Below, one piece after another: positions 1 through 8,582 of a stretch of 64,000 nt of DNA (the first letter of the stretch is position 1; every line of letters starts with the position of its first letter). Position numbers and translations under genes: made by a program. The stretch covers positions 11,369-75,368 of the forward strand of contig JAGRKN010000015.1 of NCBI GenBank assembly GCA_020442275.1. Direction: 5' to 3'. The notes under the pieces are model-generated. The model worked only from the letters and a program-made list of their open reading frames with translations. It ran no database searches and had not been told where the DNA came from. The stretch comes from Rhodoblastus sp. (GTDB lineage Bacteria; Pseudomonadota; Alphaproteobacteria; Rhizobiales; Beijerinckiaceae).

Positions 1-510
1 CGGACCGACGTCGGGGACGACAGCCTGCGCGCGGTGTTTTATTTGCATTGGATCGTGCTGGTCCGTCCGGTGATGATGTTGCTGTTCGCGGCGGCGGGCA
101 TGGCGATCGCATGGATCGTCGGCGCGATGCTTCTTGGTCCGGGCGGGACGGCAGGACTGTTGTTGCCGGCGTCGCTGGCGACCGCTGGTCTGCTCGTGAT
201 CCTGTCGGGACCGGCGTTGCAGGCGACGGTTCGGCGGGAAACGACGACGGTCGAAGTGTTCGACGATCACATCGTTCTGACGACCGGCTTGTTCCAGAAA
301 TTGCAGCGCTCGGTGCGGGCGTCGGAGATCGTCGGGGTCGATCTTTTTCAGGATTTCTCGCAGAGGCTTCTGGGCTGCGGAAATCTGCGGATCGACACGC
401 GCGGCGTCGACAGCATCGTTGTGGCTGATCTCGAGCAAGCCGAGACGGCGAAGCGCATTTGCCAGCAGGCGGTGGTCGATGCGCGGCCTGATCGATTTGC
501 GGGGCGCTGA
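1..510 (+). CDS. Membrane protein with bacterial PH (bPH_2/DUF304, YdbT-like) domain, probably 5'-truncated by the window edge
   Basis: The frame is open from base 1; the listed ORF starts at an internal GTG at 34. Two hydrophobic helices are followed by VEVFDDHIVLTTGLFQK..RASEIVGVDL..GNLRIDTRG, a pattern I associate with bacterial PH domains. Confidence 0.6.
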   Translation, partial: RTDVGDDSLRAVFYLHWIVLVRPVMMLLFAAAGMAIAWIVGAMLLGPGGTAGLLLPASLATAGLLVILSGPALQATVRRETTTVEVFDDHIVLTTGLFQKLQRSVRASEIVGVDLFQDFSQRLLGCGNLRIDTRGVDSIVVADLEQAETAKRICQQAVVDARPDRFAGR

Positions 511-512
511 AG

Positions 513-932
513 ATGGAATGGAAGGAAAAGGTCGGCCAGGTGGTCGCAGGATTTGTGCTGCTGTGCGTTGGCGCGGCGCTGGGACGCGTCGTGGTGCCGA
601 GCACCATCGACGACGCGCGGATGCGCGCGATCGCGGCTGCGGTCGTTGCGCCGGCCGCTGATCCGGTCGCGCAGGTGACGAGCGGCGATCCGACGGAATG
701 GCGCGCGCTGCGCGAGATGGACAAGGAATGGCCCGGCCATATCGACTGGGTGATCCGTTACAGCGATGAGGCGCGCACGCTGTTTGCGGCGAACGGTCAG
801 CAGAAATGTCCGGGGGCGGAGATCCTGCGCGGCGTGTCACGCTGCGTGTTCAACGCGCCGGCGCGGCCGTACACGATCCGTAAGGATCCGTCGTTGCCGC
901 CGGCGATCGCTGTTAACCGGGACCGCAAGTAG
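513..932 (+). CDS. Hypothetical membrane-anchored protein (139 aa)
   Basis: ATG lies 2 nt after the upstream stop. One N-terminal hydrophobic helix (VVAGFVLLCVGAALG). No recognisable domain. Confidence 0.5.
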   Translation: MEWKEKVGQVVAGFVLLCVGAALGRVVVPSTIDDARMRAIAAAVVAPAADPVAQVTSGDPTEWRALREMDKEWPGHIDWVIRYSDEARTLFAANGQQKCPGAEILRGVSRCVFNAPARPYTIRKDPSLPPAIAVNRDRK

Positions 933-970
933 GACTTGACGGAGCGATCGTCGGCGCTCACATCGGTAGA

Positions 971-2545
971 ATGGACGCATATCAGCGGCAGGCGGCGACT
1001 TCTTCGTGTGAGGCAACGCTCGTTCTGGCAGGGCCTGGCGCCGGCAAGACGACGATGCTTGCCGGCCGTGTCCGGTTTCTGCTCGAGAATGGCGAACAGC
1101 CGGAGCGCATTCTGTGCCTGACTTTCAGCCGCAAGGCGGCAGCCGCGATGCGCGCGAAGATCGCGACGCCGGGCGTTGTCGTTTCGACATTTCATGCCTT
1201 TTGCCTCGGCGTGCTGCGCGCGCGCCGCGACGTGTTCGGCGCGGTGGCCGACGGGCTCATCGATGATGCGGCCCGGGCCGCTTCGCTGGCGGAGCTGGTC
1301 GGCGATGGCGCATTGGAACGGTTGAACGAGGTCGACATTGCTCGCGAGCGTGGTTCGACGGGAGATCTGGCGCGCGAGTTCGACGCGGAGCTGGCGGCAT
1401 CGGGACGGATCGACTTCGCGGGCATGGCGCTGCGCGTCGTGGACGCCTGCCGGGCGGACGCGGAATTTGCGTCGTGGATCGGCGGCGGATTTTCGCAGGT
1501 GCTGGTCGACGAATACCAGGACGTGTCGCCGGTGCAGGAAGCACTGGTGCGCGTGTTCTTCGATCACGGCGCGACGATCTGGGCGGTCGGTGACGACGAC
1601 CAGTCGCTGTATGAATTTCGGGCAGCCGACGTGCGCCGCGTTCTTGATTTCACCAAAGCGTTTGCTGGCGCGGCGGTCATCTCGACCGCGGCAAATTATC
1701 GGTGTTCCGAGGCCGTGGTTGCGGCGGCGCGCAGCCTGATCGCGCATAACAAGGCGCGTGTCGGCAAGGCGGCGGAGGCGCGCTCGGGTGTCCAGGGGGT
1801 TGCTGTGACGCGCGGCTACGTCGATGATCGCGCGGAGGCGGCGGCGATCCGGCGCGCGGTGCAGCGCCTGCTTGCGGCCGAAGTGGAACCATCCGAGATC
1901 GCGATCCTCACGCGCAGCAATGCGCTGAGGGACTATATCGCGCGATTTGTCGGTCGAGCCGATGTCGTCGTGATGACGGCGCATGCGGCGAAAGGGCTGG
2001 AGTGGGACTACGTGTTCGTTGCCGGCTGTGAAGACGGCGTTTGGCCGTCGTCCGGCGCGCCGGTGGAGGAGGAGCGGCGGATTTTCTACGTGGCAGCGAC
2101 CCGCGCGCGGATCGGGGTGTCGTTTTCGTATGCGGTGAAGCGCTTTGAGCGCGAGGCGTTCCGGTCCGGGTTTCTCGACGAAGTCGGGGTCGAGGAGAGC
2201 GCAGGAGCGACGGCGACCCTCGATGACGGCGGCGCGGTGTCGGCGCCGGGTCGCCGGATGGCGAAATGGCTCGAGGTCGATCTCGACAAGTCGCGGTTCA
2301 GCGACACGGCGCGCGAGCTGCGAAACATGAAGCAGGGCCGGCCGGTGCGCAGCTGGACAAGCTGGTCGGATGCAGATGACGCGGGCCTGGAAGATCTCGT
2401 CGAGCGCAAGGTCGCGCCGGGCGAGATGGCGCGATTGCTGCAGCGGACGGTGCCGGAGGTGGTCGCGCGAGTCGGCTCGCGTGGGCTGATTTGCGGCGGC
2501 GACGTCGGGCGAATCCTGTTCGAGCGATCGCGGCGCGCGGGTTAA
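971..2545 (+). CDS. UvrD/Rep-family SF1 helicase, short form (524 aa), paralog 1 of 3
   Basis: Walker A LAGPGAGKTT, motif Ia CLTFSRKAA, motif II VLVDEYQDVSP, GDDDQSLYEFRAA, C-terminal FYVAATRAR. Shorter than canonical UvrD, with a non-helicase C-terminal tail. Confidence 0.85.
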   Translation: MDAYQRQAATSSCEATLVLAGPGAGKTTMLAGRVRFLLENGEQPERILCLTFSRKAAAAMRAKIATPGVVVSTFHAFCLGVLRARRDVFGAVADGLIDDAARAASLAELVGDGALERLNEVDIARERGSTGDLAREFDAELAASGRIDFAGMALRVVDACRADAEFASWIGGGFSQVLVDEYQDVSPVQEALVRVFFDHGATIWAVGDDDQSLYEFRAADVRRVLDFTKAFAGAAVISTAANYRCSEAVVAAARSLIAHNKARVGKAAEARSGVQGVAVTRGYVDDRAEAAAIRRAVQRLLAAEVEPSEIAILTRSNALRDYIARFVGRADVVVMTAHAAKGLEWDYVFVAGCEDGVWPSSGAPVEEERRIFYVAATRARIGVSFSYAVKRFEREAFRSGFLDEVGVEESAGATATLDDGGAVSAPGRRMAKWLEVDLDKSRFSDTARELRNMKQGRPVRSWTSWSDADDAGLEDLVERKVAPGEMARLLQRTVPEVVARVGSRGLICGGDVGRILFERSRRAG

Positions 2546-2557
2546 AAGATCCGGCAT

Positions 2558-2588
2558 AAAAAACGGCCCGCAGCAGAGCTGCGAGCCG
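2558..2588 (-). terminator. Rho-independent terminator candidate for the dnaN-containing minus-strand unit, between convergent genes
   Basis: Stem CGGCCCGCAG (2564-2573) pairs with CTGCGAGCCG (2579-2588): 10 bp, 1 mismatch, 5-nt loop. An A6 run at 2558-2563 on the plus strand gives a U-run after the stem on the minus strand. Confidence 0.5.
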
Positions 2589-2686
2589 TGGAGTCGAGGG
2601 AGGTATCGATCCGCGCTCTCACGGGAACGACGGAAGAATGATGCGAGACGCGGTGTGTGCGCGTCAAGGCTCAAACCGCCAGAGCC

Positions 2687-2989
2687 TTACCAGTCGAAGG
2701 CTTCGAGATGGGGGTGCTGGTCGGCGTCGCGGTCGATGAGTACCCAGGGGCAATCGATGGAACGCGCGAGTTCGTCGATCTTGGCCAGCGGGCCGGTCGC
2801 GGGAGTGTCCGGGGAGAGGTGGATCAGATAGCCGTAGGTCGCGTGCGGATAGATGATCGCATCCCATTTGAGGACAGATCGCTCGTCGGGACGGTCGGCG
2901 ATATCGGCGTCGAGTTCCTTGACGCTGTTATGCGTCAGGTGGGCGGTCGAGATGACGAGCATCTTCTCGATGAAGGAAGAACGTTTCAT
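2687..2989 (-). CDS. Small conserved-looking hypothetical protein (100 aa)
   Basis: Clean ORF directly downstream of dnaN. The ISTAHL motif is reminiscent of small DUF-type proteins seen on mobile elements. I cannot name the family with confidence. Confidence 0.6.
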   Translation of the reverse strand: MKRSSFIEKMLVISTAHLTHNSVKELDADIADRPDERSVLKWDAIIYPHATYGYLIHLSPDTPATGPLAKIDELARSIDCPWVLIDRDADQHPHLEAFDW

Positions 2990-3005
2990 TTGGGATTTTC
3001 CAGAG

Positions 3006-4124
3006 TCAGAGCCTCAAGGGCATCAAAATGTAGAGTGCGAAAGTGTTCGCGCGGTCCTGGATGATCGCGGGCGATCCGGCGTCGTTGAAGAGGATCAGGA
3101 GATCGTCGCCGTCGATGTTGTCGGCGATGTCGATGAGGTAGCGGGCATTGAAGCCGACATCGAGCGGCTCAGCGTCGTATTCGGCGTCCAATTGTTCCTT
3201 GGCGGTGCCGTGGTCCGGGCTCGTGACGGAAAAAGCGATATGATCGGTTGAAAGGTAGAGCGCGAGGGCCCGGCCGCGCTCGGTCGATATGGTGGAGACG
3301 CGGTCGACCGTGCGGCGGAACTCGTCGCGGGAGACGATGAGGCGCTTGTGATTGTCACGCGGGATGACCCGGGCGTAGTCCGGGAACGTGCCGTCAATGA
3401 GCTTCGAGGTCAGGATGACCGGGCCAATGGTGAGGCGGATCTTGGCCGAGGAAAGCTCGATCTGGACCTCGGCATTGTCGTCCTCGAGGAGCTTGAGCGT
3501 TTCGATCGCGGCTTTGCGAGGAAAGATCGAGGGCGACATGCCGGCGATGCCGGCGGGGCCAGGGACTTGGACCCGAGCAAGCCGGTGACCGTCGGTCGCG
3601 ACAGCGCGCAGGACGGACTGACCGTCATCTTCGGTAGGATGGAGGAAGATGCCGTTGAGATAGTAACGCGTCTCGTCGGACGCCATTGCGAACTGGGTCT
3701 TTTCGATGAGGGTCTTGAGGTGGCTGGCTGGCATCGAAAAGCGCGTCGGCATGTCGCCGGCCGCGATGTCCGGGAAGTCTGCGGCCGGCAGGCACTGAAG
3801 GGTGAAGCGCGAGCGTCCGGATTTGAGGGTCAGCGGCCCGTCCTTGGAGGTGGCGTCGAGCGAGACGAGCGCGCCGTCGGGCAGCTTCCGGACGATCTCG
3901 TGCAGCGTGTGGGCCGGAAGTGTGGTTGCGCCAGGCTGTGCGACATCGCAGGCGATCGTCTCGCTCATCTTTATGTCGAGGTCGGTTGCGCACATGCGCA
4001 ACGTCGCGCCGTCGGCCTCCAGCAGGACGTTGCTGAGAACCGGAATGGTATTGCGGCGCTCGACGACGCGATGCACGTGCATCAGGGCCTTGAGGAACAG
4101 GGCGCGTTCGACTGTGATTTTCAT
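3006..4124 (-). CDS. dnaN: DNA polymerase III beta subunit (sliding clamp)
   Basis: 372 aa. N-terminus MKITVERALFLKAL..VERRNTIPVLSNVLLEADG, then ETRYYLNGIF, ATDGHRLA, LIDGTFPDY, and the C-terminal MPLRL-type end typical of DnaN. Confidence 0.93.
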   Translation of the reverse strand: MKITVERALFLKALMHVHRVVERRNTIPVLSNVLLEADGATLRMCATDLDIKMSETIACDVAQPGATTLPAHTLHEIVRKLPDGALVSLDATSKDGPLTLKSGRSRFTLQCLPAADFPDIAAGDMPTRFSMPASHLKTLIEKTQFAMASDETRYYLNGIFLHPTEDDGQSVLRAVATDGHRLARVQVPGPAGIAGMSPSIFPRKAAIETLKLLEDDNAEVQIELSSAKIRLTIGPVILTSKLIDGTFPDYARVIPRDNHKRLIVSRDEFRRTVDRVSTISTERGRALALYLSTDHIAFSVTSPDHGTAKEQLDAEYDAEPLDVGFNARYLIDIADNIDGDDLLILFNDAGSPAIIQDRANTFALYILMPLRL

Positions 4125-4182
4125 GGGCTGTCCGGACGGATTGTTGAGAGGGAAGCGATTGACGGGAGTCTGCAGCTACGGG

Positions 4183-4524
4183 CTAGAAGACGCGCCTCCG
4201 GCGCGGTTGCGCAGGCCGATGTTTTTCGCGGATGAGATCGTGGGCTGATCTGAGCGCGAGGCGCTGGGCGTCGAACTCCTCGGCCAGCGCTTCGTGAGTG
4301 GTGCCGACCAGAGCTGCGAGTGCGTCGATGGCTTTGGACCGTTCGACGCCGCCGTATTCCGAGGCCATGGGGCAGCCGAAAAGATAGCGGGCGAGCATAC
4401 GCGCATCGTCAGTAAGGGCGCGGGCGGCCGGCGACGGAAAGCATTCGGGCGATACGCAGGGCCGGATGTAGCGGTCTGCTTTCCTGCGCGCTGCCTCGAT
4501 GTCGGCTGGGGTGATCTTTTTCAC
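4183..4524 (-). CDS. Hypothetical protein (113 aa)
   Basis: ORF upstream of dnaN on the same strand. No recognisable domain. Confidence 0.5.
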   Translation of the reverse strand: MKKITPADIEAARRKADRYIRPCVSPECFPSPAARALTDDARMLARYLFGCPMASEYGGVERSKAIDALAALVGTTHEALAEEFDAQRLALRSAHDLIREKHRPAQPRRRRVF

Positions 4525-4548
4525 GAGTGGCCTGTAATTGTGGGCTGT

Positions 4549-5661
4549 TCAGCTTCGCTTCCAGACGAAGAACGAGCTGAGGGTGAAGTTCCAGATCGAG
4601 CCCATGACGACGCCGGCGATGGCGGGGGCAAGCCATCGTCCGGTCATGTCGTAGAGGGATGTAGCAACGGAAACATTGGCGACGGCGCCGAGCGCGCAGA
4701 CGAGATGGAAGGCGAGCAGGGCGCGCAGAAGGTGCGGCGCGCCCTGGATGCGCGAGTCGCGGTAGGTCACGGCATTGTTGACGAAGAAATTCGTCGTCAT
4801 GGCGACGAAGGTCGCCGCCGCCTGAGACGCCGCGAAAACGTCGCGGTGATAGGAAAGCGGGGCGGTAAGGGCCAGGCGCGCGATTTGTAGCGCGACGAGG
4901 TGGACGAGGACGCCGCTCGCGCCGACGAGGGCGAAGGAAGCAAAGCGGACGGGGATTCGTCCGTTGCTGAGCTTGTTGATGAGGAGGCCGAGAAAATCGA
5001 GGACGATGCGTGCGTCGAATTTCGATTGGCCAGCGCGGCGGGGGCGGAACTCGAACCCGAATTCGGCGATGCGAAGAGGACGGCTGCTGGACGCGAGGAT
5101 ATCAGCGAGGATCTTGTAGCCGCTCTCGGCCAGTCTTGGCGCGAGCGGATCGAAAATGTCACGGCGCAGCATGAAAAATCCGCTCATCGGGTCGGTGCAT
5201 GTGATGCCGAGGATGCGCTTGGCAAGAGCCGTGCCGCACCGGCTGATGCGTGCGCGGAGACTGGAAAATCCGGTTGCGACGGCGTTTCCGGTCGAATATC
5301 GGCTGCCGACGGCGATGTCGGCGGCGCCAGAGCGCACCGAGCGATACATCGGCAGCAAGAGCGTTTCGTCATGCTGCAGATCGGCGTCCATGACGGCGAC
5401 AAACGGTGCGGAGGACGACAGGATGCCTTCGACGCAAGCGCCGGATAGGCCGCGGCGGTTGACGCGGCGGATGCAGCGGACGCGACCGTCGTGGCGTGCA
5501 ATCGCCTTTGCGACGTCGGCGGTGCCGTCGGGACTGTCGTCGTCGACGACGATCATTTCCCAAGAGAGGCCTTCAAGGGCGATTGAGACGCGTTCGATCA
5601 GCGCCTCTATGTTGGCGCTTTCGTTGAAGGTCGGAACGACAATGGAGAGGTCGGCGGTCAA
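4549..5661 (-). CDS. Family 2 glycosyltransferase (Dpm1-like polyprenol-phosphate glycosyltransferase) fused to a C-terminal GtrA-like membrane domain
   Basis: N-terminus LSIVVPTFNE..MIVVDDDSPDGT..VMDADLQHDE (GT2 DxD region). The C-terminal roughly 130 aa has four hydrophobic helices (GtrA-like). Confidence 0.85.
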   Translation of the reverse strand: MTADLSIVVPTFNESANIEALIERVSIALEGLSWEMIVVDDDSPDGTADVAKAIARHDGRVRCIRRVNRRGLSGACVEGILSSSAPFVAVMDADLQHDETLLLPMYRSVRSGAADIAVGSRYSTGNAVATGFSSLRARISRCGTALAKRILGITCTDPMSGFFMLRRDIFDPLAPRLAESGYKILADILASSSRPLRIAEFGFEFRPRRAGQSKFDARIVLDFLGLLINKLSNGRIPVRFASFALVGASGVLVHLVALQIARLALTAPLSYHRDVFAASQAAATFVAMTTNFFVNNAVTYRDSRIQGAPHLLRALLAFHLVCALGAVANVSVATSLYDMTGRWLAPAIAGVVMGSIWNFTLSSFFVWKRS

Positions 5662-5694
5662 TGACTATCGCGCTGTTCGTGGCGGAGGCTGCGG

Positions 5695-5937
5695 TCAGCC
5701 CATTCCGAGCGCGGAAAGATAGAGATCGAGGATCTCTTCCTCTTCCTTGCGCTTATGCGTGTCCTGCCGGCGCAGTGACACGATCTTGCGCATGACCTTG
5801 ACGTCGTAGCCGGTGCCTTTGGCCTCGGCGTAGACGTCTTTGATGTCTTCGGCGAGGGCCTTCTTTTCCTCCTCGAGGCGTTCGATCCGCTCGATGAAGG
5901 ACTTGAGGTGGCCAGAGTCGATGGAGTTGCTGCTCAC
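5695..5937 (-). CDS. gapR: DUF2312/UPF0335 family nucleoid-associated protein (GapR-like)
   Basis: 80 aa. LKSFIERIERLEEEKKALAEDIKDVYAEAKGTGYDVKVMRKIVSLRRQD...ILDLYLSALG closely follows the Caulobacter GapR pattern. GTG start preceded by AAGGA. Confidence 0.85.
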   Translation of the reverse strand: MSSNSIDSGHLKSFIERIERLEEEKKALAEDIKDVYAEAKGTGYDVKVMRKIVSLRRQDTHKRKEEEEILDLYLSALGMG

Positions 5938-6041
5938 GGAATAATCCTTGAAGACGTGAGGCGGAAGGCGTGCTGAGCGTTCTTCCGTCGTGTGGCGTCG
6001 AGTCTGCGGAACGAGAGACGCGAGTGCAAGCGCCCGGAGGC

Positions 6042-6242
6042 TCAGTAGGGCAGACCTTCTGTGCCCGGCAGGGTGCTGCGCGGGTATGGGCTGTATACGG
6101 ACGCGAGCGACGAGAGCGTCGAGATGAAGCTGATTGCGCCGAGCGTGGCGGTCGGATCGTAGACCGTTCCGTCGCCGAAGGTTGTCTTGTGAGGAAGGAG
6201 GCGAGGGGGTTGAGGCGGATGCTCGGGTGACGACTCAGTCAT
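6042..6242 (-). CDS. Possible small ORF (66 aa), uncertain
   Basis: ATG overlaps the stop of the upstream small membrane gene by 8 nt. Third codon positions are mostly G/C. No similarity recognised. Confidence 0.3.
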   Translation of the reverse strand: MTESSPEHPPQPPRLLPHKTTFGDGTVYDPTATLGAISFISTLSSLASVYSPYPRSTLPGTEGLPY

Positions 6243-6492
6243 GGGAATGGTCCGGCATGTCGGGTGGAGAGCGGATTTCTTCCGCTGCAGCGGAGTTGCG
6301 GCGCTGTCTCAGGCGCGATCGCAGTGTTCGTTGGAAAAGCCAGGCGGTGACGAACATCAGAAATGCGCCGCCGTAAGCCCATTCAATCGGGAAGTAGCTG
6401 GGCACTCCAAGTCGTGGAAAGGCGATGAGAAGCATGAGTGCGCCGACGACGAAGAAATAGAGTTCCATGAAGACCTCGAAAAATATGGACAT
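6235..6492 (-). CDS. Small membrane protein (85 aa, two predicted TM helices)
   Basis: Hydrophobic segments LYFFVVGALMLLIAF and GGAFLMFVTAWLF. Confidence 0.5.
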   Translation of the reverse strand: MSIFFEVFMELYFFVVGALMLLIAFPRLGVPSYFPIEWAYGGAFLMFVTAWLFQRTLRSRLRQRRNSAAAEEIRSPPDMPDHSHD

Positions 6493-6504
6493 TTTGGCGG
6501 ACCT

Positions 6505-6708
6505 TCAGTGGATCGTGGCAAACAGCGCGCCGAAGATGATCAGGAGAACGCCGAGGTAGCCTCCAAGATCGTCCTCCGGGCGCACGTGATATCGGAGGTG
6601 GTGAGAGAGACTTTGTGCGATCAGGAATATTCCGAGCGCGCAAAGGGATATGGCGATGATGCGGGCGCCTTTGGCGACCTTATGTGAAAACGACGGGTGT
6701 TCGTCCAT
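6505..6708 (-). CDS. Small membrane protein (67 aa, two predicted TM helices)
   Basis: Hydrophobic segments IIAISLCALGIFLIA and LGVLLIIFGALFA. Confidence 0.5.
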   Translation of the reverse strand: MDEHPSFSHKVAKGARIIAISLCALGIFLIAQSLSHHLRYHVRPEDDLGGYLGVLLIIFGALFATIH

Positions 6709-6760
6709 GGTTCGACAGTTGGGCTGCGGTGGATGTGTTTGAAGGGCGGTATTCGCGTGC

Positions 6761-8062
6761 TCAGCGGTCGCGCGAAACGGCGAGTGCGGCGACCATCGCG
6801 AGTAACATCGGAAGATCCTTGGTGTATGCGCCGAGGGGATCGAGCCATAGATGCGGCGACAGTAATGAGCCGAAGAGAAGATAGACGAGCGTGAGCGCGA
6901 TGCCGCTGATGAGCCCGGCTTGGCTCGTGCGCGCGACAGCGATGGCGCAACCCAGTGAGATGTCGAGCAGTGACGTCAGCGTCGCAAGCGCGCCGGCAGA
7001 GAGGCCGGCGGGCACGGCTTGCTGCATCAGGTCGACGGACTGTTCGCGTGCGGCCGTGAGCGCAATTAGACCGGTCGCGATCCAGAACAGCGCCAGCACG
7101 GCGACCGCCGTGCCCTTCCACAGATAGAGCCGCGCAAACCATCTGTCTTGCGGCGCTGCAGTCACGTCCAGCATCGCGTTGCGCAGGCTGCGCGGCGTCA
7201 GCCCGGAGTCGCGCATCCAGGTTTCGGGCTTGCCGCTTATGCCGCGGCGCAACTCCTCGACAGCGGTCGTACGCGTGGGCGGCCGCCAGCCGAGAAGGCC
7301 GGCAAAATCGCCCGCCAGCGCGCCTACAGAGACAGCGATGTGAGGCAGGCGAAGCCAGATCGGCGGGCCGGCGAGGCGCGCCCGAAATGCATCGAGTAGA
7401 TCATTGGCGCACAACGGTTCTGGTGACATGACGTCCCAATCGAATTGCATCCCGCGTTCACCCGCGCGCCAGCGGCGCGCGAGTGTGGCGACGGTCGCGG
7501 CTATATCGGCGACGGCCGTCGTCATGAGCGGTGCCGCGCCGAATGACGTCGGGAGGCCGAGCCCCGTCGCCGCGAGGGCGCGCATCAAAGCGCTGCCGCC
7601 ATAGGCCGTTTGCGCAACGACGAAGCCAGGCCTGAGGACCGCGCGATCGACATCCGACGCGGCTAGTGCCGCTTCGGCGGCGGCCTTGGTGCGGCTGAAG
7701 TCGGTTGTGCCTTGCGCCGGGTTTGGGATCGAGAGGTGAATCAGCAGGCGTCCGTGGCAGGCTTGCGAGAGGCGCGCCGCGAAACCAACATGCGCCTCGT
7801 AGCTGGCGGTGCCTTGGAGAACGCCGACGCAGTTCACGACGACGTCCGCTTCAGCGGCCGCTAGCAGGTTCGCAAGCGTCGTCACATCCATCCCGATGAA
7901 CGGGATTTCGTGGCGCGTGTGGCGAGATCCTGCCCCGCCGTGCGCGAACCGGCGCGCCACGGCGAGAATGTCGAACCCGTCCGCCGCGAGCCGCTCGGCG
8001 AGCTCGCCGCCGATCAACCCGGAGGCGCCGAAGATCGCGATCCGCGCCATACGCATTATCAC
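6761..8062 (-). CDS. NAD(P)-binding SDR/epimerase-like domain fused to a C-terminal DoxX-like membrane domain
   Basis: Rossmann motif IAIFGASGLIGGEL at the N-terminus. The C-terminal roughly 130 aa has four hydrophobic helices. Confidence 0.8.
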   Translation of the reverse strand: MIMRMARIAIFGASGLIGGELAERLAADGFDILAVARRFAHGGAGSRHTRHEIPFIGMDVTTLANLLAAAEADVVVNCVGVLQGTASYEAHVGFAARLSQACHGRLLIHLSIPNPAQGTTDFSRTKAAAEAALAASDVDRAVLRPGFVVAQTAYGGSALMRALAATGLGLPTSFGAAPLMTTAVADIAATVATLARRWRAGERGMQFDWDVMSPEPLCANDLLDAFRARLAGPPIWLRLPHIAVSVGALAGDFAGLLGWRPPTRTTAVEELRRGISGKPETWMRDSGLTPRSLRNAMLDVTAAPQDRWFARLYLWKGTAVAVLALFWIATGLIALTAAREQSVDLMQQAVPAGLSAGALATLTSLLDISLGCAIAVARTSQAGLISGIALTLVYLLFGSLLSPHLWLDPLGAYTKDLPMLLAMVAALAVSRDR

Positions 8063-8526
8063 TCGGGTTTGGCGATCATCAGCCAGATGATCGCCATGAC
8101 CGAGCCGAATCCGGGAAAGCCGAAGGCGAACCAGATGCGGAACAGGCGGGCGTAGGCGTCAGGAAGCGGCTTGCCATCGTGCATCGCGGCGCGCGCCAGG
8201 TCGCGCATCCGCATCTGGATCCATACGACAGGCAGCCAGAAGACGCCGGCGAGGAGATAGAGCGCGAGGCTCGCGGCGATCCAGGATTGCGTGAGCGGAA
8301 GTCCGAGTTCGCGCACGAGTAGGTATCCGGTCACCGGCTGCGCGACGACGGCTGTCGCCGTAAACAGGAAGTCAGCGAGCACGACAGTCTCGGCTGTGCG
8401 CGTGACGTGGGCAGCATCGCTAATTCGATGTGCGATCAACATGAAGAAAGCGATCGCGCTGCCGGCGCCGAGCAGGGCGGCGGCGCCGATCACGTGGAGA
8501 TACTTGAGAACGAAATAAGTGCTCAT
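8059..8526 (-). CDS. DUF2269-like integral membrane protein
   Basis: 155 aa with four TM helices. N-terminus FVLKYLHVIGAAALLGAG. ATGA overlap with the downstream SDR gene. Confidence 0.75.
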   Translation of the reverse strand: MSTYFVLKYLHVIGAAALLGAGSAIAFFMLIAHRISDAAHVTRTAETVVLADFLFTATAVVAQPVTGYLLVRELGLPLTQSWIAASLALYLLAGVFWLPVVWIQMRMRDLARAAMHDGKPLPDAYARLFRIWFAFGFPGFGSVMAIIWLMIAKPE

Positions 8527-8582
8527 TGGGCCGCCATGTTGCGTCCGCGCCGGTGGTGATACTCCTCCTCAGGCGTGAGCTT

